From assembly GCF_006345805.1 (NCBI RefSeq), contig NW_021826250.1, positions 1 to 35,906 on the forward strand: a DNA stretch of 35,906 bases, read 5' to 3'. This document shows positions 33,716 to 35,906 of the stretch, piece after piece; within the stretch, counting starts at the first letter, position 1, and each line of letters begins with the position of its first letter. A model generated the notes under the pieces. That model made no database searches. It saw nothing but the letters and a program-made list of their open reading frames with translations, and was not told the origin of the DNA. Position numbers and translations under genes: made by a program. This DNA is from Octopus sinensis. Lineage: Eukaryota.

Positions 33716-33891
33716 CGTACATACATATATACACACAGTGTGTTGGTCCGTGTGTATATGTACGGATAGATGTGTGTACATGTGTGCATATAGCCATATA
33801 CATACAAGCAATAAATACAGCCATTCATGCATAAATACACGCATGTATAAACGCATTAAAAAATTCTCTATCTATGTACTATATATATATA

Positions 33892-33932
<41 letters not shown>

Positions 33933-34165
33933 CATACATACATACATCATATACATATACAAAATATGTCCATATATATATATATGGGTGTGTGTGTGTA
34001 TGTGCTCGAAATGAGGAGTCGATGTACAGTCGACAACAGAGAAAGGGTCGTTTTTATATTACTTGTCTTGTTTCCCATTTGTTTCTCGCGTTGTTTGCGT
34101 AGCCAACTTTGTTTTCGTATTCATGTTGTTTACTTACGTTTGTAACGTCCTGTACCCATGTATTC

Positions 34166-34206
<41 letters not shown>

Positions 34207-34245
34207 TTATGCGTATGTTCACATATGTATGTATATATGTATATA

Positions 34246-34296
<51 letters not shown>

Positions 34297-34460
34297 ATAT
34301 ATATATATATAATATATATATATATAATCTATAAACAAACATTTTTATTTACCGATAATGGTTCTTTTAACATACCGAACTACTTGGTAAAATTATTAAT
34401 TATTAATTAATTATTAATTAATTTTACCCATTATTATTATATTATAAATATATATATAGG

Positions 34461-34505
<45 letters not shown>

Positions 34506-34511
34506 GATTAG

Positions 34512-34550
<39 letters not shown>

Positions 34551-34649
34551 TTATATGGACGCACTCATACATATATATACTCAGAGAGAAACTGAGTAAG
34601 AGGGACAGACTTATGTGCATATATTTAGGTGTGTGTGTATACATTATTG

Positions 34650-34712
<63 letters not shown>

Positions 34713-34776
34713 TGTATATATGTATATGTGTGCGTGTCTTTCTGTATGTATTTCATATATATATACTACAACATAC

Positions 34777-34830
<54 letters not shown>

Positions 34831-35450
34831 GAGAGAGAGACATAGCTGGACACACACACTCATACAAACATGTTTGTGTATGCGTAGCTGTGTGTATATA
34901 TATCTATATATTATATATATATATATATATATGATGTAATGTATATATGTATATATCTGTATGTTATGTGTCTGTCTGTCTCTCTGTTTTCTTGTTTACT
35001 TTTCTTGCCTTTATTTTTTCATTAATATTGATGAGTGTCACCGTCTTTCGGTTTATTTATTTCTCTCAATGTTTGTCTAGCTGCTTCTTTATCTATTTAT
35101 CTTTCTATTCCTCAGCATGTATATGTGTGGTGTATGTATGTGCCTGTTTTGTGTACGTGTGCGTGTGTGCATGTGTGTGTGTGTGTTTGTCTGCGTTTCT
35201 GCGTACGGGCTTACCTCAGTTTGCTAAAGACTGCAAAGACGGTCAACACTGGACTATCACGTATAATTCTAATTAATAAAACACACCTCCACACACACAC
35301 ACACGCGCACACATACACACACGCGCACACACACGCACGCACGTACGCACGCACACATAAATAAACATTGTACAAAGATATCTGTGTATGTATATATATA
35401 TATATATATATATAGTGTGTATTTGTAAATAAGCATGAAGGAAGCCCGTC

Positions 35451-35483
<33 letters not shown>

Positions 35484-35524
35484 CTATATATTATAATATA
35501 TATATATATATATATGTTTGTGTG

Positions 35525-35571
<47 letters not shown>

Positions 35572-35585
35572 TAGAATTTATATTA
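33325..35585. repeat. Compound (TA)n/(TG)n/(GATA)n/(CA)n microsatellite region
   Basis: (GATA)n at about 33637-33715 and 34460-34550; many (TA)n runs; short non-repetitive islands. Confidence 0.92.
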
Positions 35586-35906
35586 AATATTAATTACAAA
35601 GTGGGACAAGAACGCAAAAACACCCAGGAGACGACACAAAAAACCGACGGGTCACTCGAAGCCTCTAATCTTCAGTCGGGAACCGATCATCTTAGTAATT
35701 TCGGTTGTTTAATCTCGATATCACTCCGATCCGCCAGCCCCAAGGAAAATCCAAGCTACATGCATTGGATTTCTTGGAAAGAGTGTCGAATGTATACGGA
35801 ACAAAGGCAGGATGCCACACGAATGTAAATACAAGAAACAAAATTATATATAATTTTGTATATATGTTTATATATAAAACAGGACAGGAGCGTCTTACGA
35901 CTTTAG

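Noticed and set aside
35590-35906. Unique-looking terminal segment with minus-strand CTGAAGA (35669-35675) and CGAAA; 104-aa ORF 35514-35828
   Set aside because: Could be a Penelope-type terminal-repeat remnant, but the cores are not joined by convincing stems, the ORF starts in (TA)n with no motif, and the window truncates the context.

Overview
Repeat-saturated, AT-rich eukaryotic non-coding DNA with no host protein-coding gene that I can support. The SINE families and extreme microsatellite load look cephalopod (Octopus-like); that assignment is pattern recognition, not a database result. Nearly all listed ORFs are translations of microsatellites or SINEs. Content: (i) more than 25 tRNA-derived SINE copies in at least four families, many nested with readable target-site duplications (TSDs); (ii) two decayed, 5'-truncated R4/Dong-type non-LTR retrotransposons (restriction-like endonuclease) at (AAT)n tracts; (iii) a 426-bp hAT deletion derivative with TIRs and an 8-bp TSD, plus other MITE remnants; (iv) a 21-bp minisatellite with a 232-bp higher-order duplication. 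Most notable: a 416-bp TSD-flanked element (11143-11558) combining a tRNA-like Pol III head, a hammerhead-ribozyme core and an inverted head-to-head partial copy (candidate Penelope-mobilised 'SINE-retrozyme'); a full-length 5S rRNA fused to a tRNA-SINE inside one 16-bp TSD (1572-1938); and two SINE tail subfamilies with different target signatures (GGTA versus ATT), one repeatedly inserting into its own head. Coordinates were counted by hand, and the ends of decayed repeats are approximate.
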